From the IMG/VR virus record IMGVR_UViG_3300045988_132111: DNA of 63,965 nt, one strand, 5' to 3'. This DNA comes from a virus. Position numbers and translations under genes: made by a program. Positions 45,601 through 53,453 of this stretch are shown here, in pieces. Under the pieces are notes generated by a model, which was given only the letters and a program-made list of their open reading frames with translations, made no database searches and was not told where the DNA came from. The number at the start of each line of letters is the position of its first letter. Position 1 is the first letter of the stretch.

Positions 45601-46809
45601 CTTCAACTCCTCTTTAAATGTTCTTTGAGAAAATGGATACGGAACTCTTGCATCCTCGCAATAAACCTTATACATCTCCCACGCAGCTTTAAGAGTTGTT
45701 CTATCGTCCTTTTTGAACACGCGAAAAGAATCCACCACAAAGTTATAGAAGTCGTTAGATGCCCCCAACATTGCTATTGGTGTATAGTTGTCAAATGCGC
45801 CTGGATTCTCCAAATATACTTCCTTGCAATGGTATGCTATTCCTCCAAGTTCGAATGTCACCTGATCCATCGCTTCCTTATATTCTCTCGGATTGAGCTT
45901 GTTGCCAGATGGCGATACGTCAATAAGTCTTCGGATCAGACCAGACTTTCCATCTGTAATCTTTACCGGCTTATTAGTTCCCATAAATAGAAAAGCATTA
46001 AACCGGTTAGAATATGCAGATTTGAATTTCTCATTAACTGTCATGAGCTCGTGAGAAACAAGACTGTTTAATCGGGTGTTGTCTTCAATTCTTGATAGGT
46101 CGCCGTCATGCTGAATAGCGACCAGTGGATTGGTTTTGAATGCCTCTAACGCAAAAGAGTTATTACTCGATCCCAACGCCTTAGCATCAAATACCGAATA
46201 ATAACCCTCAAACAAAGCTTGTATGATATTTAAGATTGTAGATTTACCTGTTCCTGCGGCACCGTAAAGTACCATAAATTTCTGAATATATTTTGAATCA
46301 CCTGCAACTATAGATCCGATGGCCCACTCAATTTTTCTTCTCTCTTCTTCAGAGTATAAAGTAGAGATTAATTTGTTGTAAGCAGATATATTTCCCTGTT
46401 CCAGTGGATATGGAAGCTTTTTACTGGCATAATCAGTTTTTTTAGTCTCCATATTGGAAAATATCAATTCCTCATCAAGTGGATGATAATTGTCTCTAAG
46501 CTGTTTTTGACAGTATTTATGCCAATCGTCGATCATTCCAGAAGTAGCATCCCACATATACAAAGTATGTACCGATTCGTTTCCGGAATTTTCTTTGTAT
46601 TTTATTGTGAAATTTTTAAGCTCTCTGTCAATCATATCAATGACGTCCTGCTCATCGGTTGACCATAGACCATTTTCTTCGACCCAGACGGCATAGAAAT
46701 CTCCACCTCGAATCATGAGATCAGATGATTTTTTCATTACAAAGTTTGGATAGATTTCAACAACACCCTGCTTTTTAGAACGCGTGGAAATCCTTACAAA
46801 ATCAAGCAT
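42598..46809 (-). CDS. SF3 helicase (D5/P4-type NTPase) + AEP primase-polymerase + family-B DNA polymerase fusion
   Basis: Walker A LYGAAGTGKST (res 181-191). AEP motifs VIDFDLKD and GGAGLHLHY (res 511-554). Exo I FFDCEVF (710-712), Exo II FNCRQYDNHM, Exo III YCDDDV. Pol A LLDIASMHPHS (1006), Pol B KTAINSVYG (1077), Pol C HIKTDS (1131). Confidence 0.8.
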   Translation of the reverse strand: MLDFVRISTRSKKQGVVEIYPNFVMKKSSDLMIRGGDFYAVWVEENGLWSTDEQDVIDMIDRELKNFTIKYKENSGNESVHTLYMWDATSGMIDDWHKYCQKQLRDNYHPLDEELIFSNMETKKTDYASKKLPYPLEQGNISAYNKLISTLYSEEERRKIEWAIGSIVAGDSKYIQKFMVLYGAAGTGKSTILNIIQALFEGYYSVFDAKALGSSNNSFALEAFKTNPLVAIQHDGDLSRIEDNTRLNSLVSHELMTVNEKFKSAYSNRFNAFLFMGTNKPVKITDGKSGLIRRLIDVSPSGNKLNPREYKEAMDQVTFELGGIAYHCKEVYLENPGAFDNYTPIAMLGASNDFYNFVVDSFRVFKKDDRTTLKAAWEMYKVYCEDARVPYPFSQRTFKEELKNYFREFTETFNDGAGSRNVYSGFRSDIFEKKVKEVRDDDKSRRASWIKLEKSEVGKIGPFEDLCSDAPAQYANSDETPRKGWTKVKTKLKDLDVSKLHYVKVPEWLIVIDFDLKDEDGNKSLEKNLEAASKWPATYAEVSKGGAGLHLHYIYKGDVSKLSRIYDKDIEIKVFTGNSSLRRKLTLCNSLLIATISSGLPMKEEKMISTDIIQSEKGLRTTIKKCLAKEVHPQGTKPNVDFIYKVLEDAYNSGMSYDVSDMKNAVYAFAAQSSNQSDLCIKLVSKMKFKSEEAAPNTTGDVEKPIIFFDCEVFPNLFLVNWKFQGKDKPIVRLINPRPTDIAELIKYRLIGFNCRQYDNHMLYACMLGYDNQQIYELSQHIINTKKGEKKKYTFGEAYNLSYTDVYDFASAGNKKSLKKLEIEMSNVANDPKSKMDDDLREMLKGIKHHELGLPWDQPVPESRWQEVAEYCDDDVIATEAGFYYLKSDWTARQILADLAGMSVNDTTNTLTTKFIFGNNKNPQNEFHYRNLAEPVLDLDEDTYQFLAEACPEMMSQTHGEAGSLLPYFPGYRYENGVSIYRGEEVGEGGYVYAEPGTYGNVALLDIASMHPHSTIAEVLFGVRYTKAFRDIVEGRVSIKHKAWDEVNHMLDGKLTPYIQKVIDGEMTAKDLANALKTAINSVYGLTSAKFDNAFRDIRNKDNIVAKRGALFMVDLKNEVQKRGFTVAHIKTDSIKIPDATPEIIKFVMDFGKRYGYTFEHEATYDRMCLVNNAVYIAKYKKPEECEQLYGYIPGDNADHIKDPWTATGKQFAVPYVFKTLFSKEPVDIRDMCETFSVKSALYLDMNEKLPDVSGYEKRLEKIENDYKKGKLSDTLFEPEATELAEKIAEGHDYHFVGKVGEFCPVKTGKGGGVLVREQEGKYYAATGTTGYRWLESDVMFNGGNDEFIDRSFYDKLVDDAVEAISKYGDFEWFVSDDPYTSPPRLEDFMNIPEDAPEEIPFA

Positions 46810-46837
46810 TACATTAGTGTTTCTCCTTTCCTAAATA

Positions 46838-47392
46838 TCAAGAAAAATTGTCCAGATACCAACACAGCTGTTGCCAAATTGGTACCTCACGCAGGTCTTT
46901 TCGACAGTTGCGGATTACGAATAAACCGCCCTGTCCATTTGGTTCATATTCGCGATCAAGGAATTTTTCTATAACAATATTAACAATTTTCTTATCAAAC
47001 TTATTGTTATACATCGTGGAAAGACCAAGATTAGTGATCATTTTCCAGAACCACTGCCCTGTACGATTACCATAATTTGGGTCATCCATGATATTTTCCT
47101 CACACTTGACAGCAAGAGCAACCAACATTTCGAGCACTGTACACGGACCAGCAAGACATTCGCTTATTTCTTCGTAGTATCTCTCTCTCCCAGTCTCCTG
47201 CGCAAATCTCCATCTCATGCTTACGCCGTCATTAGCTCGGTTTGAATCGTCTTTAATGGTCCACCGGAACTCTATTGTATGAAGGTGCATAAGCAGTCTT
47301 CGATACGTCACGTTCTTTCCGAAACGGTCATCAGACACGACACCTGCGAGAAATTCAAAATAATTATTTACTGTTTTTTCTTTATCCATCAT
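46838..47392 (-). CDS. hypothetical protein
   Basis: 184-aa ORF. Confidence 0.6.
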   Translation of the reverse strand: MMDKEKTVNNYFEFLAGVVSDDRFGKNVTYRRLLMHLHTIEFRWTIKDDSNRANDGVSMRWRFAQETGRERYYEEISECLAGPCTVLEMLVALAVKCEENIMDDPNYGNRTGQWFWKMITNLGLSTMYNNKFDKKIVNIVIEKFLDREYEPNGQGGLFVIRNCRKDLREVPIWQQLCWYLDNFS

Positions 47393-47401
47393 GCCTCCGG
47401 A

Positions 47402-47962
47402 TTAATCGTCAGTGTCTCCGTAAACGTCGTGATAATTTCGCCCATCGAGCAGAATCTCATAGTCGGTCTGCTCTTCATCGTTTCTTACAAATACGGAGTC
47501 ATCCTCGTATTCTCCAAAATGACCAAGTGCATCATCTCCGATATGCTCCTCATAATCTTCCACGATGTTGTCCTCATTGTCAGTTACTATTCCGTCTTCC
47601 CAATATGTAAGAGTTTTTGTGTTATAGCCAAGCTCGTTAAAATCGTCCGGCGAAATGACATAAGGCTCATTCATACTCTCTTTTTCCTCCTCTTCACTAT
47701 TTGAATAATCTCTATACCCATTTGTCTGGATTGTCTTTGTCAAAGTTGCAAGGTCGTCTTTTGTCGGGGTATAAGGCTTCTCTTCTTCTGGCTTTTCTTC
47801 TTTCTTGTAGAGTCTACCAAAAGATTCTTTCACGGAATCAACATCCTCTTTAAGCCGTCTGTCATACTCATCCTTCAAATATAACCAAGTTGCTGCGGAG
47901 CCAATGATAGCCCCAACAGCAAATAATACGAAATCACGGTTAATCTTTAAATTTCTTCCCAT
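47402..47962 (-). CDS. membrane-anchored acidic protein
   Basis: N-terminal TM segment (FAVGAIIGSAATWLY), then a very acidic C-terminal half. Confidence 0.6.
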   Translation of the reverse strand: MGRNLKINRDFVLFAVGAIIGSAATWLYLKDEYDRRLKEDVDSVKESFGRLYKKEEKPEEEKPYTPTKDDLATLTKTIQTNGYRDYSNSEEEEKESMNEPYVISPDDFNELGYNTKTLTYWEDGIVTDNEDNIVEDYEEHIGDDALGHFGEYEDDSVFVRNDEEQTDYEILLDGRNYHDVYGDTDD

Positions 47963-48201
47963 CGTTTAACCTCCTCGTATTTTTTATTCTTTAAAATATA
48001 AATACATCCGCCATGTCTAACAAAATCAAGGAAATTCCGCGCACACCATGCTTTTATTGTCGCTACCCCAACGCCACAATCAGCTGCAGCTCTGTCTTCT
48101 CGTATAAAAATACATCCCTCTAAATCCTCTCCAGGATTGAAGATATTTTCGTTTTCGAGATTGTTTTCCAAAATATAAACAATCAATTCACGTCCCGTCA
48201 T
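47947..48201 (-). CDS. putative HTH DNA-binding protein
   Basis: The ATG at 48201 follows AGGAGAAGGAG. AADCGVGVATIKAWCARNFL is an excisionase/MerR-like HTH. Confidence 0.45.
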   Translation of the reverse strand: MTGRELIVYILENNLENENIFNPGEDLEGCIFIREDRAAADCGVGVATIKAWCARNFLDFVRHGGCIYILKNKKYEEVKRWEEI

Positions 48202-48272
48202 GACTATTCTCCTTCTCCTAATATACAATCCATCATATCTCGTAACGGGTCTCCTGTACCCATTCCAAACGT

Positions 48273-49181
48273 TCACATGAGATCGTAGATATTGCCGTCT
48301 ACATTGAAATCAAGAAGAATAGTACGTTCGTAACCGTTTACAAAATCTCTGTTCGAAGCTCTATTGGTATCGTAAATACCAAAATCAACGAAATTATCTC
48401 CAACTGGATGTTTTTCATCGTACACCCAACCAATGACCATTCCGTCTTTTGTGCGAGGAATTCCAAGCATATCGTACACGTCATTCAGTAACAACCAACC
48501 CTGCTGTTTCAGGCGCTTTGTAGCTGCATCCTGCTGCATACGAAGAAACATGAGATTAGCTTCTGAGTCCTTAGTCCAACCGGAACATCCATCATCATAA
48601 AATTTTGCATACGGAGAATATGTATTTGGGTCAGCAAGTTCGATTGTTTTCTTTTCTACAACCTCAGTACCGTCCTCACTTACGACAGTTTCCTCTACTT
48701 CTTTAGCTTTGATGTTATATTTGAGTTCGCGATCAAGCTCCTTACCGAATCTCTCGATTACACGTCCACGATATTCTTTAAAGCTTTTGTCAACTGCTGT
48801 GTATGCTGCTGCGAGAGCAATATTCCTCTTTCTAAGGATGTTATTTGATGTAAGAATAGCAGTGATAGATAATCCTCCAAGCACTACAGATGGACCATAC
48901 AGCTTAGCAATATCAAGGGCTGCCTTACTGTAAATTAAAGTCAGAGTTTTCTTTCCTTCTTCCTCTGTGTAGTTCGCTTCATCTGCATGGAAATCCTCTA
49001 CTTTTTCTTTTGTGTCAGTCAGCGTGTCATTGAGCTTCATAGTAGCTTTACAAGCCATGACCGCGCTTGTTACAACTCCAACTACACCTGCTACAATCAG
49101 GATTTCCGGACTGTGTTTTTTTAACTTGAAACCAGCTTTATTGATTGCTCTGGTTACATTTGCCATGTTAAATTTTTTCAT
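48273..49181 (-). CDS. TM-anchored protein, paralog family member 1
   Basis: N-terminus KKHSPEILIVAGVVGVVTSAVMACKAT. C-terminus LLLNDVYDMLGIPRTKDGMVIGW. Confidence 0.65.
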   Translation of the reverse strand: MKKFNMANVTRAINKAGFKLKKHSPEILIVAGVVGVVTSAVMACKATMKLNDTLTDTKEKVEDFHADEANYTEEEGKKTLTLIYSKAALDIAKLYGPSVVLGGLSITAILTSNNILRKRNIALAAAYTAVDKSFKEYRGRVIERFGKELDRELKYNIKAKEVEETVVSEDGTEVVEKKTIELADPNTYSPYAKFYDDGCSGWTKDSEANLMFLRMQQDAATKRLKQQGWLLLNDVYDMLGIPRTKDGMVIGWVYDEKHPVGDNFVDFGIYDTNRASNRDFVNGYERTILLDFNVDGNIYDLM

Positions 49182-49211
49182 TTTGTTAATTCTCCTTTTC
49201 TAAAATATCAA

Positions 49212-49805
49212 TCAAAGTGGTTTTGCTTTGGGCAGTTTAAGGAAATATTCTCCTCCTCTGCCTCTGATTGTTTCAGCAGTTCTAATGCTTGTCCATCCCC
49301 ATCTATAAGCGGTGAATGGAGCCGTTTTCCCAATCATGTCGTATAAATCCCCAACCGATACAGAATCGTATTCATTAAGAATATCTGTCATTCCATCCAG
49401 GACAGCTTCCGCATCACCGCGATTATCAAAACTAATTTCATCCAGATCGAATGACGTAGATGATCTGCTCGAATATGGTCGGTCGCTCTTTGAATAATCT
49501 CTGTATGATACCTGGTCATAAGAAGATCGTTTCTTTCCTCGTACTTCCCCATAAAGCATCATATCAACGCCATTTGTCACAGTTTCAAATATGGCTTTTT
49601 TGATGGCAGGGATGATTACATCAATGAATAGATACGATTTCACGCTATTCACATCTTCAGCGAATATAGTGTCTTTGAATTTACTCATTTCAGATTTTTT
49701 TCTTGTTTTCACATTTCCGCTAACAATTTTCTGGACTTTCTTCTCAGAAGCTTTAGCCTGCTCTGCCTTATATCGGTGAGAGTTTGGTGTAGCTTTAATA
49801 TCCAT
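49212..49805 (-). CDS. hypothetical protein carrying the same C-terminal module
   Basis: VSVGDLYDMIGKTAPFTAYRWGW. Confidence 0.6.
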   Translation of the reverse strand: MDIKATPNSHRYKAEQAKASEKKVQKIVSGNVKTRKKSEMSKFKDTIFAEDVNSVKSYLFIDVIIPAIKKAIFETVTNGVDMMLYGEVRGKKRSSYDQVSYRDYSKSDRPYSSRSSTSFDLDEISFDNRGDAEAVLDGMTDILNEYDSVSVGDLYDMIGKTAPFTAYRWGWTSIRTAETIRGRGGEYFLKLPKAKPL

Positions 49806-49816
49806 TTATATCCTCC

Positions 49817-50008
49817 TTAACTAACCATACGAAGCTTACCCGGAAGAGTAATCTTTGAGTTTGGTAATCTATTATTATTTTTCTTGAACTGATACTGGAG
49901 ATTACTAATAGCTTTACGTTTAGTCGGCGCCAATGTTTCAGCTCTCCATTTATCTGTCAGAAGATGCTCGAACTCCAGAACAGGACCCTCATATACATAC
50001 TTAGGCAT
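49817..50008 (-). CDS. small basic protein
   Basis: 63-aa ORF. Confidence 0.5.
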   Translation of the reverse strand: MPKYVYEGPVLEFEHLLTDKWRAETLAPTKRKAISNLQYQFKKNNNRLPNSKITLPGKLRMVS

Positions 50009-50073
50009 TCATCCTCCTGCGAAAAAAAAAGAGAAACACCGTGTTATAGGTGCTCCTCCTTTCTCATAGAATC

Positions 50074-50364
50074 TCATTCTTCAGTTTCTTCTGTGGAATC
50101 AGAATCATCACTTTCAGTTTCTTCACAAGTGCTGTCAATAATGTCATCTTCGTCACCATCGTTAGACCTTGCCCCAAAAGCAAATCCAATAGCTCCAGTA
50201 ACCAGAAGCGCTCCTGTTGCCAGGATTTTCTTCTTGTTACTCTTCACAAATCTTTTTGCCTTATTAAACAAAGATTCCTTCTCAATGACTTCCTCAAGAA
50301 CTTCATCGTTGTTTTCACACTCGTTTTCTCGATTCTCCATTGTGATAACTTTCTTTTCTTCCAT
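50074..50364 (-). CDS. acidic protein with one TM segment
   Basis: 96 aa with C-terminal EETESDDSDSTEETEE. Box P7 lies upstream, and a long hairpin plus T9 lies downstream. Confidence 0.55.
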   Translation of the reverse strand: MEEKKVITMENRENECENNDEVLEEVIEKESLFNKAKRFVKSNKKKILATGALLVTGAIGFAFGARSNDGDEDDIIDSTCEETESDDSDSTEETEE

Positions 50365-50398
50365 TTTAATTTTCCTCCTAAAAATAAGTTTTCATTTC

Positions 50399-50426
50399 CC
50401 ATTAAAGTGGTTGCTTTTTTCGCGAG
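50399..50426 (-). promoter_or_regulatory. promoter-like box P7
   Basis: Coding strand: CTCGCG-AAAAAAGCAACCACTT-TAATGG. Confidence 0.45.
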
Positions 50427-51242
50427 TTACATTAATTTTGAGAAATCGTATTTTGGCGCGACATGATATTCCAAGGTGATGCACGGTCGGTTATCTTTTG
50501 CTATCATAGTGCCATAACTAATCTCGACCAAACCATCATCCAAATTCCACCCAAGCTCATCACTTATATCAGTATGTTCGAGATCCAGTTCGTCATAAAA
50601 TTCGCTTAATGAGACATACATGTCGTAATTTAAAGAACGGTTTATCTTATTCACAGCAGTCTCAATTTCCTGTATACTAGATTCAAAATATCGTCCAGAT
50701 ACACCATCATAGCAAAGCTGTTTACCGTTTCCAGTGATGATAACCTGACTGTCATTTACAGGATTATTATCGAGCTGTTTTTGTGCCACCCTATCTTTGA
50801 TTGCCTTGGCTTTTTCTTTTCCTACTTCTTCAATGGTAGCTTCCTTATATTCTGTGAGTGCTTTTTCAGATAACTTATAGGCTGTTGCTATAGCTGCATT
50901 ACGTTTTGAATGTACAGTATTAGCTCCAACGATGCATGCGATAGATGTCGCACCAGATATAGCCGCCGGAATATAACATTTCCAGGTTGCTTTGACTACT
51001 TCAGGTTTGGTTAGTTTAAACATGGTATCTAACTCAGAATATCTATGGTCGCGATCGAATTCCTCTTTCTTATTCTTTTCAACTTCTTTGATTTTTTCCA
51101 TGGCCTTAGGTGTAGCTTTTACTGCCAGTACAGTAGTTGTAATCATTCCGGCAATACCAAAAGCAATAAGAATCTCTGGACTTTTTTTTTCGACTGCTTT
51201 TTTTACTGTGTTGAATATTTTCATTACGTTTGGTTTCTTCAT
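50427..51242 (-). CDS. TM-anchored protein, paralog family member 2
   Basis: N-terminus EKKSPEILIAFGIAGMITTTVLAVKATPKA. C-terminus VSLSEFYDELDLEHTDISDELGW. Confidence 0.65.
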   Translation of the reverse strand: MKKPNVMKIFNTVKKAVEKKSPEILIAFGIAGMITTTVLAVKATPKAMEKIKEVEKNKKEEFDRDHRYSELDTMFKLTKPEVVKATWKCYIPAAISGATSIACIVGANTVHSKRNAAIATAYKLSEKALTEYKEATIEEVGKEKAKAIKDRVAQKQLDNNPVNDSQVIITGNGKQLCYDGVSGRYFESSIQEIETAVNKINRSLNYDMYVSLSEFYDELDLEHTDISDELGWNLDDGLVEISYGTMIAKDNRPCITLEYHVAPKYDFSKLM

Positions 51243-51278
51243 GATATCCTCCTAAAAAATAAAATTGAGAAGCCCTTG

Positions 51279-51437
51279 TTAGGACTCCTCTTTTTGTGAA
51301 ATATACTCTTTGACAGATTTTTCTGTCTGTTCCTGTTGCTGCTTATCGCTAGCCCAACTCGCCATAAGACCTCCTACGGCTACGGCAATCCAGCCAGCAA
51401 TTTTGACAAGATTAGTAACATCCAGTTTATTCTTCAT
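51279..51437 (-). CDS. small membrane protein (52 aa, not in the track)
   Basis: Own translation: MKNKLDVTNLVKIAGWIAVAVGGLMASWASDKQQQEQTEKSVKEYISQKEES. Confidence 0.45.
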   Translation of the reverse strand: MKNKLDVTNLVKIAGWIAVAVGGLMASWASDKQQQEQTEKSVKEYISQKEES

Positions 51438-51456
51438 TTATGTATACCTCCTTTCA

Positions 51457-52287
51457 TTAAAGCATCTGTAATTTTGGCGAATTTGGATTGTTGGCATAAT
51501 ACTCCTCTTCGCTTTCATAATAGTCATCATAGTTTACCCGCGGCTCAAATGGCATCTCGATGATATAAAACTCAGTACCGTCTTTGAGTTTTGCCCTACG
51601 ATGATTAAATTCAATCCAATATTCTCCTTCATCAGTTGGCGCCCAGCCAAGAACCTCTCCAAAGTCGGTAGAGGATAAACCAAGAAAAGAATATAATTCA
51701 TTTAGAATAACACTTCCGCCCAATGCGTAGTTTCGGTTTAAATGGTATTCGGCATTTTGTACTTGTTCCACCGTAGCTCTAAAGAATCGCTTCGAATATT
51801 CTTCGTAGAATAATACCGGTCTTCCAACCGATTTATCTGAAGATATGTCACAATCACTGCATAAATAAGACGCTTGAATGTGCACTTTTTCAGCCTTTTC
51901 TACAGCAATAGCCTCAATTATCCTCTGATCCGCTTCCTCTCCATATAATTCTTTCAACTTTCTACGATAATCTTTGTAAGACTGATCTAGCAAGGCGTAT
52001 GCACTCGCCATAGATGCTTGCTGGTGCTGGTTAAGAATTTGTGCTCCGCAGATGCAGAATATAGTCGCCGAACCGGTCAATATCACAGGCAAATATGTAA
52101 GAGCCACTGTCTCGGTTTTCTCTAGTACAGTAAGCTCCTCACCTTTCTCCAACTCAGCGTTAGCTAGCAGCCGCTTTGCTTTTGGTGCTGCTTTGGCAGA
52201 TAACACTGCAGTTGCCACAACATCAGCGCATCCAAGTACAGTCAGTATGGTGGATGAGTTTCTCTTGAAAAATAACTTTGGCTTCAT
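51457..52287 (-). CDS. TM-anchored protein, paralog family member 3
   Basis: N-terminus RNSSTILTVLGCADVVATAVLSAKAAPKA. C-terminus VILNELYSFLGLSSTDFGEVLGW. Confidence 0.65.
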   Translation of the reverse strand: MKPKLFFKRNSSTILTVLGCADVVATAVLSAKAAPKAKRLLANAELEKGEELTVLEKTETVALTYLPVILTGSATIFCICGAQILNQHQQASMASAYALLDQSYKDYRRKLKELYGEEADQRIIEAIAVEKAEKVHIQASYLCSDCDISSDKSVGRPVLFYEEYSKRFFRATVEQVQNAEYHLNRNYALGGSVILNELYSFLGLSSTDFGEVLGWAPTDEGEYWIEFNHRRAKLKDGTEFYIIEMPFEPRVNYDDYYESEEEYYANNPNSPKLQML

Positions 52288-52308
52288 AGGCGTCTCCTTT
52301 CTAATCTG

Positions 52309-53106
52309 TTATTTCTTTAATCGGAAAGCCGGACGAACCCCAGAAGAGCCCGAAGCGTTGAGGTAAACCGCACCGCCGCCGTTGACCACAAGGGCAAAGG
52401 AAGCCGAAGAATATTCTTTCTTTATTGCATTTCGCAGCCAGCCCCATTCACATTCATTATTAAAATATGCCACTCTATTTTTTCTCAGTTTCATAAGAGG
52501 AAGCTGTTCATCGTCATCGGCTTCAAAATGCTCTTTATTCCATTCGTTCTCCCATCCAACAACCTGTCCAACAGAAGGAATGGTGAGTTCAACGATACGC
52601 TTTCTCAATTCTAATGGGAACAAACTATATAAATAGGTATCAATCCATTTCTTCAAATCGGATTTTTCATATCCGCCTTTGTTCGTAGGTCTTTCATTCA
52701 TAGGACGCTCTGCAATATAATCATCAAAGATGAAAAGAACGTTGTTATCCGTCACTTCATGAGCAGTAGCTTTGAATTTCCCCAATTCTTTCAAGTCGAC
52801 TGTAATCTTGTCGCCTACTTTAGTTTTGGAAAAATCGTATTCGTGCTTTGGTACGCCATGGTTTAAGTTGAGCAGTTCTTTTGCAGATGTATCGCTGGAG
52901 CCAAGCCATGAAAAACTAGGCGGGTACTTTTTCGCAAGTTCTTTAATTCCGTTTTTCTCAGCAACATCATAAAGATTAACCGTCATTTCATCGTATACGG
53001 CTGCGGTTACCATGTAATCAGCAACCTTTTTCAATTCTTCCAGCGATGCGCCATTGTTCACCATTCTTTCCATAAGTTTTGATACAGCTAAAGTTTCTAA
53101 TCTCAT
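52309..53106 (-). CDS. hypothetical protein with a DUF6273-like C-terminus
   Basis: The C-terminus WGWLRNA..SSGVRPAFRL matches the family from memory. The ATG at 53106 follows AAAGGAG. Confidence 0.55.
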   Translation of the reverse strand: MRLETLAVSKLMERMVNNGASLEELKKVADYMVTAAVYDEMTVNLYDVAEKNGIKELAKKYPPSFSWLGSSDTSAKELLNLNHGVPKHEYDFSKTKVGDKITVDLKELGKFKATAHEVTDNNVLFIFDDYIAERPMNERPTNKGGYEKSDLKKWIDTYLYSLFPLELRKRIVELTIPSVGQVVGWENEWNKEHFEADDDEQLPLMKLRKNRVAYFNNECEWGWLRNAIKKEYSSASFALVVNGGGAVYLNASGSSGVRPAFRLKK

Positions 53107-53146
53107 AGTTTTTCTCCTTTTCATATGAAGTGGTTAAAAGCTAAAA

Positions 53147-53215
53147 GAAACAGTGTGGGGCTCGAACCCACGACCCTTCGCTTGTGGAATGCTCTCCCAA
53201 CTGAGCTAACTGTTT
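53147..53215 (-). tRNA. tRNA-like gene (69 nt) with a truncated anticodon arm
   Basis: Sequence: AAACAGT-TA-GCTC-AGTTGGGA-GAGC-A-TTC-CACAAGC-GAA-GGGTC-GTGGG-TTCGAGC-CCCAC-ACTGTTT-C. The acceptor, D and T arms are canonical. Only 19 nt lie between the D and T arms, where 22-23 are expected. No U33. Confidence 0.45.
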
Positions 53216-53217
53216 CT

Positions 53218-53245
53218 CCATTAAAGGAATTGAAAATATCGCGAA
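53218..53245 (-). promoter_or_regulatory. promoter-like box P8 (drives the tRNA-like gene)
   Basis: Coding strand: TTCGCG-ATATTTTCAATTCCTT-TAATGG. It ends 2 nt before the tRNA-like 5' end. Confidence 0.5.
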
Positions 53246-53256
53246 AATAAAAGAAA

Positions 53257-53274
53257 GAGGCCATCGCTGACCTC
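53257..53274 (-). terminator. GCGA-tetraloop hairpin
   Basis: Coding strand: GAGGTCA-GCGA-TGGCCTC followed by TTTCTTTTATTTT. Confidence 0.6.
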
Positions 53275-53291
53275 GATCGTTTTGTTCCGAC

Positions 53292-53360
53292 TTATTTCTC
53301 AATATACTTCAATACTGTGTATATGAGAAGTCCGGCCAAAATTGCGATTAATCCCGCCAA
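53292..53360 (-). CDS. 22-aa hydrophobic micro-ORF (TTG start)
   Basis: An AGGAGG RBS lies 8 nt upstream. The ORF reads (M)AGLIAILAGLLIYTVLKYIEK. It has its own box P9 and a terminator. Confidence 0.3.
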   Translation of the reverse strand: MAGLIAILAGLLIYTVLKYIEK

Positions 53361-53386
53361 TCTTTGATACCTCCTTTGATTTTTTC

Positions 53387-53414
53387 TCACTAAAGAAAGT
53401 GTAAATATCGCGAA
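53387..53414 (-). promoter_or_regulatory. promoter-like box P9
   Basis: Coding strand: TTCGCG-ATATTTACACTTTCTT-TAGTGA. Confidence 0.5.
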
Positions 53415-53420
53415 AGAGAA

Positions 53421-53446
53421 AGAGCCTTAGATTTCTCCAAGACTCT
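53421..53446 (-). terminator. hairpin terminator
   Basis: Coding strand: AGAGTCTT-GGAGAAATCT-AAGGCTCT followed by TTCTCTTT. Confidence 0.6.
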
Positions 53447-53453
53447 AATCTTC

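Noticed and set aside
49964-50479. Plus-strand ORFs of 171 aa and 138 aa.
   Set aside because: They are antisense to 50074..50364, to box P7 and to the end of 50427..51242. The sequence is Ser/Phe-rich low-complexity.
53147-53215. The tRNA-like gene as a stop-codon suppressor indicating an alternative genetic code.
   Set aside because: The loop contains no CTA, TCA or TTA anticodon in register. All long ORFs are open in the standard code.
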